Below are positions 45,782 through 60,343 of a stretch of 64,000 nucleotides of DNA, one piece after another (the first letter of the stretch is position 1; the number at the start of each line of letters is the position of its first letter). The notes below the pieces were generated by a model. That model was not told where the DNA came from. It saw nothing but the letters and a program-made list of their open reading frames with translations, and did no database searches. The translations under genes were made by a program, and so were the position numbers. Source of the stretch: the human T2T-CHM13v2.0 reference genome, Homo sapiens; assembly GCF_009914755.1 (NCBI RefSeq), contig NC_060926.1, one strand, 5' to 3'.

Positions 45782-48265
45782 CAGGAGGGAAGAGGCAAAC
45801 CGGCAATGTAGAGATGATGCTTGAGCCTATGAGCCCAACATATGACAAGTTGATCCAGATGACATATAGGCTGGGCCCAGTCCTCCTCCACTCTGCCAGT
45901 GTCTGACCCTGGCCATGTTGGGACAGGCTGGTCCAGTCATAGAGCTGCCAATTGGGTGCTGTCATGGAGCCTTCTTTGCCCCACTTCCTCAAATGTGCAA
46001 GATGATGTTCCAAATGATGCCAACCATCTGTGAAGCCAAAGTCCCCCCAGGAAGCTGGTGGCATGGATCAGGCTCCTCTTTATAGCCAGATCTACATTCA
46101 CATTTTGCAGTTAGTGGCCTCCATGCTAGAAGAAAGGGATCATCTTCCAGGCACACTAAGAGAGACTAAAATGTTGGCTTTAACCCAGAGAAAATTACAC
46201 GAGATTGGTCCTGAAAACTACTCCTTACAGGCAGTACCTACTAAAGAACTCCATGTATGCAGGGCACAGCTCCTTCAAAGGGAAGAAGTAATTGCTGAAC
46301 TGTAAGTGGAAAGAACACTACCTGGCTACGATTAGAATATTTGGGACCCTTTGTCTGTGGGCACAGGGGATCTGTCAGGATAATGGTAGTAAAGAGACAA
46401 GCACAGTGTCCACCAGATATATCTACTGCAGGTGAAATTCTTAAAGCACAAAATCATTATCTGAACACCATGAAGTTCTGGATGAAAAGCTAGTGATTCT
46501 TAAACAACAGAACAATAAGAAAAAAAAATAACAAATGGGATGCTTGATAGCCATTAACAAGAAAACATACCAAGCACAATATTCTATTGTTCTCTAAGTC
46601 CTGAGGAAGACCTTGCTAAGGTGTTAGAGCTTCAAAAATGGACAGGCAGTGCAGAGACCGAAGCCACATGAAGGAATGCCTGCCTGCCCTTTGAGTCATG
46701 TCACAGAACTGGGAAGAGATCCTGATGCTGCTAGAAAGAAGCTGATCAATTCTGAAGAAATGAGCACAAAACTGCAAAAGAGATGTCCAGGAAACCACAA
46801 CCCAAAAGAAATTCAAGGAAGAGAGAAATCACTACTCTCAAAACATGCTGCCTCACCAGAGTGTGAAACTGCCTTTGTACATGACCTCAGTGATAAACCT
46901 GAAGATGAAATTGCAAACAGATATTTTATGCATCAAAAAACTGAGGATAAATATTGCCAGCTAGAAAAATACCTCAAATCTTCAAACTGGCTGAGCAAAA
47001 ACTGTAGCAGGCATCAAGGAATGTAGGGGCACACTCCCTGAGGTGGAACCTGGGCTGGCACAGAGGCTGGGAGCACTTCCTAAGACTGAAGAGAGACACG
47101 GCAATATTGAAAAAGGTCACAAAAGGTGGAGGCACAACTGGAAGAAAAGAGCCACGAACTGCAATGGGAATGGGCAAGGCAAAAAAAATGAACACCATAA
47201 TAAACACTTACCAGACATGGACAAGCTTCGATCAGAATCTAATGAAAGGCTTCATCTTAAAGAGAGAGCAAAATAAAGCCTATTTGATAAGATAAGGGGA
47301 GTTTAAGGCGGAGTGAGAAGGCCACTTTCTTAAGGATTCTCTACTGTGGGAAACTAAAAATACAAGAAGGTAGTTTGAGGGAAGGTATAACAACACGATA
47401 AGGATTGGCTCAAATTAAACATGGTAACAGTAAGGGCCGAAACACAGTAGATGAGGATAACAAGTGTTTAACTTCCTCTAATTGGGAAGGTGCCCGGCAA
47501 GCTGGTATCTTGGCAAATGTGACACAAGCATTTGAGAGCAATGCTTGTACAGCTTTCCCAAGCCAGAATGGGAGTTCCATTCACTGCAGTAAGCAAAAGA
47601 AATGGAAGGCAAAGGATTTGGACAGGTAAAACAAAACTGTCTTTTTCCATAGATGACTTCAACATGAGTGTTTAGCAAGATTATTGGTTGTTAGTGTATA
47701 AATTGTTTAATATTTTATATATTTTGGTATATAAAATCAACATACTAAAGAAAGTTACATTTCAATACATCGGCCACAAACACTCCAGAAAACACAAAAT
47801 TTAGGCATAGATCATCTCCCTGGTAAACATGTTCCTGGTAGAACACAGTTTGACTTTTTTCATATCCAAACTTTACAGAACATGTATCTCTCAATACGTT
47901 CCAAATACAACTGATAGAATGTCAGAAATACAGACGAACACTTTGAAAAGCTGGCTGAGTGTCATCAAAGGGACTGTGCATCTTGGATACTGCTGGCACC
48001 ACGAGATGCCGTATTACAAGTAAATGTGGAGCAAGTATTCGTCAACAACAGCATTAACTTTCTGATAACAGGAAGCTATGCTTTAAGCATTTTACATCCT
48101 AACATTACGGTTTGTGACTTACTTATAGACGTTTTACTGTGTCTGGGGTTGATGTGTAATAGATTATAATTTCTTGGGAACTAGACACCGGTTAGCACTT
48201 TCCCTCAGAACATCTGCAAATTCTTTTTTTGAGAAATATTATAAAACTTTTTAATAAGACATTAA
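45782..48265 (+). pseudogene. PPFIA1P1: Processed liprin-alpha1 (PPFIA1) pseudogene, antisense in a USP40 intron
   Basis: Intronless, frameshifted homology from ATG 46002 (MMFQMMPTICEA ~ MMCEVMPTISEA) via SMLEERD, TKELHVCRAQLLQREEVIAEL, EERHGNIE, SESNERL to QAGILANVTQAFES (~47545). Outer limits inferred from a degenerate TSD-like pair and are uncertain. Confidence 0.88.
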
Positions 48266-49620
48266 AGGGACTTTAGAAAATGAAAATGTATATCTTGTGC
48301 ACATATGAAGACAGGAAATCCCACTGAGTATGTGTGTGTATATGTGTATGTGCACACACATGTGTATCTGTGAGATTACTGACAAGGTGATTCTAGAAAT
48401 GTACACAGAAGCATAAAAAATGAAGACAGGTCCCACACTCCTGAAGAATGACAGCATGTAGGGAGACTTGTCCTACCAGAGATCAAGACTTATTACAAAG
48501 CTATGGAAATTGACAATGTGGTATTTGCCCAGGAATAGAAAAAAATGAACAATGGAATAGAATAGAGAGCTGAAAAACAGACTCACACAAAAATGAAGAG
48601 TAGACATAACAGAACTGGCATAGTAGATTGGTAGAGAAAAATTGATTACTCAATAAATAGAAATAGGTAATTTTTTCAAGTGGAAAAAAATCCTTCTTAC
48701 ACCTCTCATAGGAAACCATTCTAGGAAGATCAAAGTTTTAAATGTAATTCAATCAGTGGTTATTGAGCACTGTTTCAAAGAGCAACCATGAAAGACATGA
48801 CTATGCATAATAAACAGGACAAAATTCACCCTGGTTTTAAATCCTATTGTGAAAGCTACAGACACGGGATTTATTGTTTTTATCACATGTTCACCTGCCA
48901 TCTGCAGGATACAAAATTAATATTGTGTGTTATCTAAATCAATGCTCATTTTATTTTTCAGAAAAAATTCAATAATTGTCAGCTATAGGAATTGTGCTGT
49001 CTCTTTATGATAATGGAGTAACTGTATAGCTAAGGAATGGTTCCAGATTACAGGAGAGTTAGCTAACTAAATACCATGCTTGACACTGGATTTGACACTA
49101 GAGTGGGGGAAAAATTGCCATGAAGGATGTGAACTGGAAAACTGGTGGAATCTGAACATAACTATTAGACAACAGTATTATATCAATGTTAGAAGTTCCT
49201 TATTTTAATCAATGCTCACGTAAGATAACATCCTTGGTTTTAGAAGATAAACACTCAAGTATTCAGTGGTAAAGGGACCTGGTGTCTTCAACTTAATTTC
49301 AAACGGTTCGCACTAATAATGATAACGTTAATAATGTGTGTCTGTGTATGCACATGCACAAATGTGGCAAAATGTTAACAATTAGAGAATCTAGGTAAAG
49401 GGTATACAGGAGGTGTTTTTACTATTCTGGTAATTTTTCTGTATGTGTGAAATTATTTAGAAATAAAAATTTAAAACTTGTATCTGTATTAACTTTCAGT
49501 GCCTATCAAAGTTTTCTATAGAGTGGATATATAATAAATGGTAAACAAAATTTCCTCAACAAAATAATAGGAATAGAAAAGAAATTGCAAAGATATTTCT
49601 AAACGAATTTCTATACGTAC

Positions 49621-49749
49621 TTGAAACTGCCAGTTTCCCAAATGATCAACATCTTTAATATATACATGGTAATGGCCTCCGTAGCAGCCACCTTTGTGTA
49701 TAATAACTGAGAAGAGGTCATATATATATTCTAAGTCATCCAATTCACT
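49621..49749 (-). CDS. USP40: USP40 exon 5, His box: YDLFSVIIHKGGCYGGHYHVYIK
   Basis: 129 nt, tag|AGT...CAA|gta; canonical USP His box. Confidence 0.97.
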
Positions 49750-51574
49750 CTAAAAGAAAAAAGAACAAAAATAATGATATAGTTTTCATAAAATGCTGAT
49801 AATAATCAAAAGAAAAAATAATTTCAACTACTGAAATTAATAAGAAACTTCACTGTTTGTTATTTAAGAGTAAAGATGAATTCAAGTAATTGGCTTTAAA
49901 TTTAAAATTTTTAAATTAATTGATCTAATGGCCAGTCACACTACACCAATCAAATTCTGCCTCTTAGTTGACCATGAACACAAGTACCTGAAAAATACGT
50001 TACTTTTATGTACTTTGGCTAAGATCATGTAAGCCAATAAAACAATGAAATATGTTACCCTATCAGTGAGTCTGTTGTAGAAATTTTTAGCAAGAGAAAC
50101 CCATCTTCGTACAATACCTATTTACGCTGCTTTATAGATGCACTCTTCTTTTAAAATGCATCCCCTTTTTTTTATTGATATATATCTAGTTGAAATTGTC
50201 CTCTATTTCAACTAGGTTGTCATGTGCCTCAAAGTCAAAGCCAGATCAACTATCACCCCTCCTGACACTACAGTCCTCTGTATAGAATAGGAACTTACTA
50301 ATTATGACTATCAACTGTTTTTGTTTAGAGGCAGTTTAGTGGAAGAGGTTCTTTCTTGTTTTATTAATTCTATGATCAACATTTTCTATAATTAATATGC
50401 TCCATAATCATGAGTGATCAAACAGATGTACTCCCACACTAGCAATTAGAAACAAAATAAAATAAAAAGCTAATTTAGATTAAGAGATACTTTAAAGATG
50501 TTTATTTAAATTTCTGATGCAGAAGAAAAAAGAAGCCTTTTTCACATCTGAGGGCTCTAAAACTACATGATATAAGCTCTCTTCTGGCTTTGACGTCTAA
50601 ACTCAAGTCAGTGCTCATCTGTGATGTTCAGATGTACATATGGTGGCCGCTTGATGGGTGTCAGTTATTTTAATAATTTATTTGCTTAAAATATTAAACT
50701 TTTTAAGTGGGCAGCATTTTAAAATGTCTAGTACAGGCAAAAGACAAGGTGTACACAAAGATGCCAAGTGACTTTTTTCCATTAATACAGAAATCCAAAA
50801 GTAAAATGAATGTGGACTTCCTATATAAGTGCTCAATTTCTTCAATTATTTCAGTTTTGTTACATCAAAGTATGTTAAAAATCATGTGACAAACTATCTT
50901 TTATAAAACAAGAAACAATTATATTAACTAACTCTGGGAAAATTATTTATTTGGTTACGTCAATAATAGCCTCAGGGGCAACAGAATATTAGAACCTTTG
51001 AGTGGTAATTCAAACAACAAAAAAAAAAACCCCAAAAAGCTCAGCAATTTGGCTTGAAGTAAAGGAAGGCCCATTTGTGAAGATCCCGAATTTAAGAATG
51101 TTTAGAAAAAGATTACTTTTTTTACACAGAAACTCAATAGCTAGCTAATAAATGTTCTATTCTGAATAAACATATAAGAATGATTTGTGATAAGAAATAA
51201 TTACTCTTTTCACCCAGACCTTGGTATGTACAGCAATGTTATAAAAAACATTTTTAAATGGCTTACAAAGTAGGTTGATTTTGTAATTAATTTGTTTTCA
51301 AAACCTTTTCTTTCCCTATGTCTTAAGGATTACAGATTCTAGACTAGTGAATTTCCATTTGCCTCTTGACTTTCTAGATGCATAAATTCATCATTACATG
51401 TAAAATAAACTAAATCCAAATTAGTGGTACCAATTAATGGTGAGTTTTCTAAATGCAGGGTAAACTTCTAATTTTGTTCTTAAATTTTCATTCCAAATAT
51501 TTTAAAGAAGGGTTTAATAAAAAGAACTGGGAATAAATCTATACTTTGGAAATTCAAAATGACTCTAAATAAAT

Positions 51575-51810
51575 CAGTGGTTCTCAAACAGGGTCAATCT
51601 TGCCCACGCTGTCCTCGCAGGAGACATATTTGGCTTTGTCTGAAGACAGTTTTGGTTGTCACAACTGAGAGAGGGGGAGTGAGGCTGCTACTGTCATCCA
51701 GTAGGTAGAGGGCAGGGATGCTGCTAAACACCCTAATGCATGAGACAGTCTCCCACAACAAAGAATAGTTTAACTGAAAATGTCAATGGTGCCAAGGTTT
51801 AGAGATTCTC
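51575..51810 (+). mobile_element. MER20 hAT DNA transposon
   Basis: cagtggttctcaa...ttttggttgtcacaact...agggatgctgctaaaca...aaaatgtcaatggtgccaagg. Confidence 0.85.
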
Positions 51811-51896
51811 ACAATAAACCAACTGAAAATCGGGTCAATAATAGATTCAATCTTGAGAGGGGAAAAGAAAGAATTTAAAAATAAAATAGTTCAAAC

Positions 51897-52040
51897 CTGT
51901 TCACAAAAGGGCTTGAGATTAATCCGGAGAGGGAATGTATAACAGCTAGTTTCCTTGTAGCGTTCGCATTTCACAAAATCAAAATTAAATCTTAGTAATG
52001 AAACAGTAAGAAAAGGAGGCAGCTTACGTAATTTGGCCGA
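51897..52040 (-). CDS. USP40: USP40 exon 4: SAKLRKLPPFLTVSLLRFNFD...TFPLRINLKPFCEQ
   Basis: 144 nt, cag|TCG...CAG|gtt; LPxxLxxxLxRF USP box. Confidence 0.96.
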
Positions 52041-54912
52041 CTGTTAAAAGAAAAATTTACAAAGCTTTTTAAAAACAGGGTTATATAAAAGGATACATAA
52101 TGTTTCTTAAGGTCTGAAAAAACAACCTATGACACAGTTCTAAGAGAAATATTACATAAACTCATTACCATGGATTCAACATAACTCGATGTCAACTCAT
52201 CTATTTTATGGGTCTAAAGGTGGAGCCACTCATTTGTGCTTACAATAAATAATTTACAACCCAGTTTTATCTTTAATGTTGATATCCTGAAATACTATTT
52301 GATGAGTGGTGCCTATTTCCTGCCCAATTTCTGGCCTTTCACCTTCATCCTTGGTGTCTCCACTTTACCTGGCAGGTCTACAGTTCTTTTTAATCAGTGA
52401 AGAACTGGAGCTCTTAACCTGGGACCTAGGAACCTGTTTTAAAGGATCTGAAATGATACAAAAATTATACATGCATATGTATTTTTCTGAGGAGAAGATT
52501 CATAGCTTTCATGAGACTTGCAAAAGGCCTCTAACTTCCCCAAGGGCTAAGATCTATTGATTGGGATTAAGCTGCTTTTTAAGAGTATCAGCTGTGCCCA
52601 ACCTCTTGGATTATTGGTCTGTGAGGAGAAAAAAAATCCTCCTTGATATATAAAATTACCCATAATCATATATATCTAACAGTGCTAAAAATATATTTTA
52701 AAAAACAGTTTCACAAATCTAGTGGGTAAAAAAAAAAGTTGAATGAAAAAAAAAAAACAAAAAACCCCAGCAATATAACAACATGGTAGATTTTCAAACA
52801 AGCTCTAAAAATGCATCTAAAAAAACTGAGTAATTCAACTATAATGTGGCTGAGAAAAGACTGCTTAGGACAAGAAAATCTGCATTTATTTAGCAGTACA
52901 GCCAAACATAAACTTAGAATGCAACAAATCCAATGCATAGAATAGAATATAAATTTAGAAGTATCAAGACCAAAAAACTTCCACTGAAAAAGAATTAAAG
53001 AAATGTGATAAAAGGTATATTTAAAAACTGCATTTGTTTAGCAAAAGGTTCTTATTTTGTAATGTGAACATGAAGTCTAACCAAAAGCTGAATGTGTAGG
53101 TATCTTTCCAACACTGTTCCAAACTCTGAAGTTTATACACCAAAGTGAAATACAAAATAAATAAGCAAATGATAAACCTCTCTCTTTGGGTTTGATGAAG
53201 GGGCAAAAACTGGATGGAAATACATGTGAAACAGTATAAAATTCAATCTTCCCGTGAAAGCTACAGGCATAGGGTTTAAGGTTTTATTATAGTTTTATCT
53301 ATAATCTCCAGGATACAAAATCAGTATTGTGTATTATCTAAATCAATGCTCATTTTATTTGCTGGAAAAATTCAATAATTGTCAGCTATAGGAATAGTGC
53401 TATCATAATGAAGTGACCGCATAAATATGTCTCTTGTGGTAGCTGTTTAAGACAATGTTCAGTAACCCACTGAGTGAACTGAGCTCAAGGTGATGATGTT
53501 TATGAAAAGCTCATCACATCACCCACAGCAGTGGGAACGTCACCACTGCAGATAATAACGACAGCAGCAGGGTTGATGCCATATTGGCCATAGGTACAAG
53601 AAGCTGAGAAGGAAGGGACAGAGAAGGTTAGAGACAGCACATCCAGGCCACAGGAAATGGTATTAATATACATACATAGACATAGATACATTTATCTATA
53701 ATAATCATTTTTATATTAATGTTAATGAATTACTAGTATTTAGCAATTAACTAGCATTGGTAATGCTTTTGGTGGAAATTAAGTGTGTGAAAAATACATT
53801 AAAGAACAATTCCATAGTGAGAAATCACAGAGAATTGTGAAAAGGAAATATAAATGAATGGCTGCTAGAAGATAAAATGGGAAAAAAACCCACAAAACAT
53901 TTTTTAAAAATCTGTCCTCCAAAAAGAGTTATTCAGATGTCCATCTCCCTTAGAACAAATAGATATCCTGGACCCAAAGGGCTTGGACAGTAAAGCACAG
54001 AGACAGACCTCACATCAGTACTGGGATAAAACACCAATATGTGGCAGAGGGATTTTCAGAAATGCCAAAGTGCTGATATAATAAATCCCTGCCATATCAG
54101 AAAGGAGCTGGAATGTGCAAAACTTAAGATGCATGAAAATAACACCAGGGAGGTGTTCCACTAAGCTAAACAGTAGTTGCCTCTCATTTCTCCTCTTATC
54201 AAAGTATCTCTTCTTTCCTGGAATGGAAAATAACTATGAATTATACTACAGGAATGGCTACTGATATATGAATGTGATGAATAAATTTGAGAAATGTCAG
54301 AATTCTGTTTATTGGTTTGTTTTACTTTTCCCTCTTAGCTCTCACATGGCAAAAGATATCAGTTGCTTCAGTCCTTTCTTTTGTCTTATATTTTGCTTGA
54401 CTGTACAGAAAGAAAATCAGAAGTATTCTGTTAAATTCCTTAATTAGCAAGTTAAATACTCCCACCTGGGGGAGGAGGTAAGGCTATATTGGATTTGCCA
54501 GAGTGTGGAAGAACATATGTCAAGATTATAAAATAACTGTATATTAAGAAAATGAAGACAGCCATCTACTTTCATAGTAGTAAAGAAAGCAAAGCTCAAC
54601 AAGCTTCTCAGTGACAGAAATAAAAATATATACAACTTTTTTCACAGCAGTAATTGCAAAAAGGAGGGATACTTACGAAACACTGAGGTACAATAAAGTT
54701 TTCCCCGGAGAAAAGGAAGTTGGGTGAACTGTTGGGTTGAAAGCCTTAAAAATTCATTATTGTAAAAAATTAAAATACAGAAAATGATGTAAATATCTTT
54801 TCAATCCTTAGTGTCAACAGCTTCAAGTATATCCTCGAGACTTTTTCATACAAGTTGACTTGTACTAACTACAAAGTGGGGACCCTGGGAAAAAGCAGTT
54901 ATCTGTCTTTAC

Positions 54913-55059
54913 CTTTGCTGCTTTAACCAGCCTGTCACAAGTTCCACAGTGGTACAAGTTGTCACAATCAAAAACTTCCTCTTCTACATACATGTTCCAG
55001 AGAGCATCTTCCAAACCGGATACATTTTTGACTGCTACTGTTAGATCTAAGAAGTCTTC
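54913..55059 (-). CDS. USP40: USP40 exon 3: EDFLDLTVAVK...YHCGTCDRLVKAAK
   Basis: 147 nt, cag|GAA...AAG|gta; second CxxC of the zinc ribbon. Confidence 0.96.
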
Positions 55060-55484
55060 CTGAAATAGACATGAATATAATATTGAAAAACAATTTCAGA
55101 GGTTTACAAACACATCATCAACTCACATATATATTGGGAATAATCAGATATATGTTTTCTAAAACATTACAAATAAAGATGTAGATCTCCTGATTAGATG
55201 TTGTGAAGTTCATAACACTAAATTATCCTTCTTTTGAAATTGAACTATAATTTAGCTTAAAATCTATCAGAAAAATATAAGAAAAGTTTATGAATTTACC
55301 AAAGATACAATAAAATCTGTTTTATGAGGAAATATAAACCACAATAAGACACGTATCTGAATTCAGAAGTGCATATATACAAGGTATACAGTACTGTTTT
55401 AGACTAGACTATAAGAGCAAGGGCAGGGTTGAATTTTCTAATGTAAACTCCATTTCTTTATTTTCTTTTGCTAGGGTTGCCTTA

Positions 55485-55746
<262 letters not shown>

Positions 55747-56118
55747 CTAGGATAAGAAGGTCTTCCTATGAAAATCCAAGAGAATAGTCTGTAAAAAGAG
55801 GGTTTATGAAATCTGCTATAACTACATTTGAATCACAATATTTCTAGTAATAAGCACTTACAATTTGGCAAATTTAATTTATATTTATAGTTCTGTATGT
55901 GTGTGCAACAGCTTTATTTTAAGAGATTTTGGGGAATGAAAATAGGGCACTTGTTAACTCATGGTGAAGATTTCAAGTACCAAAAGTAACATTTATACAG
56001 TATATGGTTTATAATATATACGTGAAAAGTTAATGTCTTTAATTTATAATGGCCTTACATATGTTGTTTTGAAAATACTCTGATTTACTACATCATAGCT
56101 AAGTCAAGCATGTAGTAA

Positions 56119-56767
<649 letters not shown>

Positions 56768-57386
56768 CTATATAAGATTTGTAGGGCAAACAGGATTACA
56801 TTTACATGAGCAAATTTCCAATTTCTAATTCCAATTAGATTAAATGGGCAATATGTGTCATTACAAAGAACTGAAGGTTATACTAATTAACATAGGATTA
56901 CAATAGCTTTATATATAATATATAAACATAAGCACACATATATAAATGAACTTTCTGAAGAATATTAATAAACTAAATCCCATATTTAATTACAAATGTT
57001 TGTCAAATTAAACACTCCTTGGTCCTCAGTATTATCTATTTTTATTACCTCCCTAATTAACTTTCTTTACAATATTCCAACCATGATGACACTGGCTTCT
57101 CACATGAGGCCACAGTCTTCTATTTGTAAATATCCCCCAAATCTATTTTCCAAATATTAGGGTACTGAATAAAAGATTAAGTTTCAAGATATTTGCTTCT
57201 TTCAATCTACATGGAGAAATCTGGATTATAGGCTCATGATTTAGGTGTAGTTAGAAGAAAAAAAAACTCAATAAATTACTTTTAGTAATAAACACTTTAA
57301 TCCTTGTGTGGTATATATCATACATTTAATTACATGGATTATAATTTACAACATAACTTATTACTAAAATACTCTGGCATATTTAC

Positions 57387-57551
57387 CTGCCTCTCGCTAA
57401 CGTTCTTACATTCTTTACAAACAATCTGGTTAACAATGGTTCCATGGTACAGACGATAGATGAGGTCATGACCGGAGGTCCCAACTAAAGAAGTTTCCAA
57501 AGCGCTGAAGAGGATTCGATTCAGTTCCTGCACATCATGTTGCCTCATTTC
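57387..57551 (-). CDS. USP40: USP40 exon 2: EMRQHDVQELNRILF...IVCKECKNVSERQ
   Basis: 165 nt, tag|GAA...CAG|gta; QHDVQE box and first CxxC of the USP finger. Confidence 0.97.
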
Positions 57552-58409
57552 CTACAAAACAGGTAACTTTTAGATGTAATTCCGGGCTTCAGATTTTTTA
57601 AAACATTAAAAAAACAAACATTAGTCAATAAAAACTCAAGATTTATCAAGCAATCTGAAGATCAGATATAAGAATGACTCAGCAAAACAAGCTGAGCTGG
57701 TTAAGAGATTACCACCTATTTTTATTTATACTAAAAAATGAAAATATGAACAGGCTGGGTTCAGTGTGTACATGTAACTCAATTCCTTTGACACCCAGAA
57801 TGTGCATTTATTCTTGTGGGAAACCACACACATGGCCATGCCACAGAAAGCAGAGAGGGATATACCAGGCACAGACCAGTGTCTAAGAGCTGGCAGTGTC
57901 TGCACAGGAACACCTCACTGAGATCAGAGCACATGTGAATAGTCCGAATTATCAACAATAGAAAAGAACTAGAATGTACTGCTTTGAAGTAAAAACAACT
58001 AAAACAAGACTAACACAGTGTTACTGAGAAAAAAATCCTGATGGAACTTGCTTTAATCCATTATGAGTCACGCAGTTGTGTGTGAACTTGTGCTTAAGAA
58101 AAATTTATAACCAAACCAAGGGGCACACCAAGACTGAGAAGTGGAGAAGAGGAGGAAGAGCAGCTGGGGGGAGGGCCAGGAGAGTGAGGCCCCAGGAAGC
58201 AGGAGGAGCTGAGGCTTTAAGGAGGGTGGTGAGTGCTGCTGAGAGCTCCTTCTGCTGAGAACAGAGAAGTGTCTTCTGGACTTGGCACAGGGATGTCACT
58301 GTTGACTTCAACCAAAAAAGTAGAAAGGAAGGAGAGGAACAAATGGAGAGTTCAGAAGCAGAGGCAATAAGGGAAGACAATTTCAAAAATAAGTTTCAAC
58401 CAAGAGCAA

Positions 58410-58558
58410 TAGCTCATGCCTAAAATCTCAGCTACCTGGGAGGCCGAGGCAGCAGGATGCCTTGAACCCAGGGATGCAGTGAGCTATGATCATGCCATTG
58501 CACTCCAGGCTGGTGACAGTGAGACCTCATCTCAAAAAAAAAAAAAAAAAAAAAAAAA
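58410..58558 (+). mobile_element. Alu monomer (right arm/FRAM-like)
   Basis: Single arm with long poly(A). Confidence 0.8.
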
Positions 58559-58879
58559 GTTTTGTGTGAAGAGCAGCAGATAAAGTGGATGAAAGCTGGA
58601 GGACTTCTATCTTGCCTTTTAAAATACAAGACCCTCAAGGATGTAATTTATCTAATATCACTGGCTATGATGGGATAGAAAACTTGTGGAAGTTTTCAAG
58701 CTCTGTTCCTAAACAATCCTACACTTCGCAAAGGTACCACAGAGACCTTCTCCTACCACTGCAGGTCCAGTCCTAGAGGGTTTTCTGCAAGATCTTATTT
58801 AGACAAAAAACAAAAAAAATTTTCACAGCATTAAGAAGAAACCAGCAACTTAGTGAAGCTCATTATCAAAAACAAAGAA

Positions 58880-59320
58880 AAATCTATCAACCAATGACTA
58901 GATTAAAAAAAAAAAACAAAAAACATGTGGCATATCCATCTAATAGAATCTCATTTGGCAATAAAATGGAATGAAGTATCGACACATACTACAACATGAA
59001 TGAACCCTGAGAACAGTACTTTAAGTGAAAGAAGACTGTTACGAGACCACCTATTGGATCACTCCATTTCTATGAAATGTCCAGAATAGGCAAATTCATA
59101 GAGACAGAAAGGAGGTCAGTGGTTGCCAGCGGCTGAGTTGAGGGGGATGGAAAGTTACTGCTAACGGGTATGGAGTTTCTTTTTGGGGTGGTAAAAATTT
59201 TCTAAAATTGATTGTAGTGATGGTTGAACAACTCTGTGAATATGCTAGAAAGCACCACTGAACTGTACCACTTAAAAGAGTGAATTCTGTGGCATGTAAA
59301 TTACATCTCAATACAGTGTT
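58880..59320 (+). mobile_element. L1MB-type 3' end
   Basis: atgaaatgtccagaataggcaaattcatagagacagaaag. Confidence 0.85.
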
Positions 59321-60343
59321 TTTTTTGTTTGTTTGTTTTTGTTGTTAATCGGATTAACGCCAAATACCAGCCCTACACCAGAAATTTAACATACTTGTTT
59401 AGGGAATGTATTATACCCCATTTTGCTTGAAAGTCCATGCCTTACCTCCTTAATCACATAGTTAGTATCACCTAGTTAAGAAGTGTTCCTGGTTAGAAGA
59501 CTACCCTTCAGAGTTTACCATTAAAGGCAATATAACAGTATTCCTATCGTTTGCTCTTTAACTTCTGTGACAGTTGCCTATACCTGTCTTTGCAGGATTA
59601 CATCCATCTATTCCATATAAAAATGGTAGACTGGGATTTGTTTGGATTTGTATAGCTATAACAGCTCATCAATATGTGCAACAAGCACCTTTACTCATTG
59701 CTGACAAGTGTGTAGTGTTCGTATACAGTAGAATGCCTTTTAGAACTCAAACAGGAAAGTGAGAGAAAGCCCACATACAACAAGATTCATAAAGAAAATG
59801 GAGAAGGTCAGGAGAAAGTCAGGACAGGAATAAAAAGACCTGCCAAGAACCATTTCACTTTTTTGACTGAAGCAAACCTTCAAATCAGAACATGTGGATT
59901 CAAACACAAAGCACATAACAAACAAAGAATTTTTAAAAATTTACTTACAATGTAATTGATCCATTATTGTTGGTCAAAGACTAAAAAACTGATCAACAGT
60001 TTCCTATATAAATGGTAGGTAATCTCCATGTAATAGGTGTTGTATCTCAACTAGACTACATAAAGACTCTTAGGGTAGAAATTGTAAAAATCAGCTCTTG
60101 TACTTCTCCCCGTTTTTCCAATCTTCTCCCCAGCCCCAAATCACAGCCATTCATAAAATCCTGTATACAGCAAGTGTCTAAAAATATATATTTCTGGCTT
60201 GTAATTTTTTAATGTGAGAAGGAAACATTCAAACAATATGTTGAGACCCTAAGACAAAATTAAAGGAAGTTAGATAACATTAAACCAGCCTTATTCTTTC
60301 CTCTATTGCTGGTAACTCTTCCTTAAAGAGCTGATCCTCGTAC

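Larger units (their letters stand above)
48812..53420. repeat. Dispersed direct repeat, two ~200-bp copies (48812-49025 and 53229-53420)
   Basis: Cores 48905-48998 and 53309-53401 are about 90% identical by manual alignment. Confidence 0.9.

Noticed and set aside
53375-53392. tatag|ctgacaa in the duplicated element matches the acceptor of exon 13141
   Set aside because: Only about 12 nt, followed by an in-frame stop with no convincing further alignment
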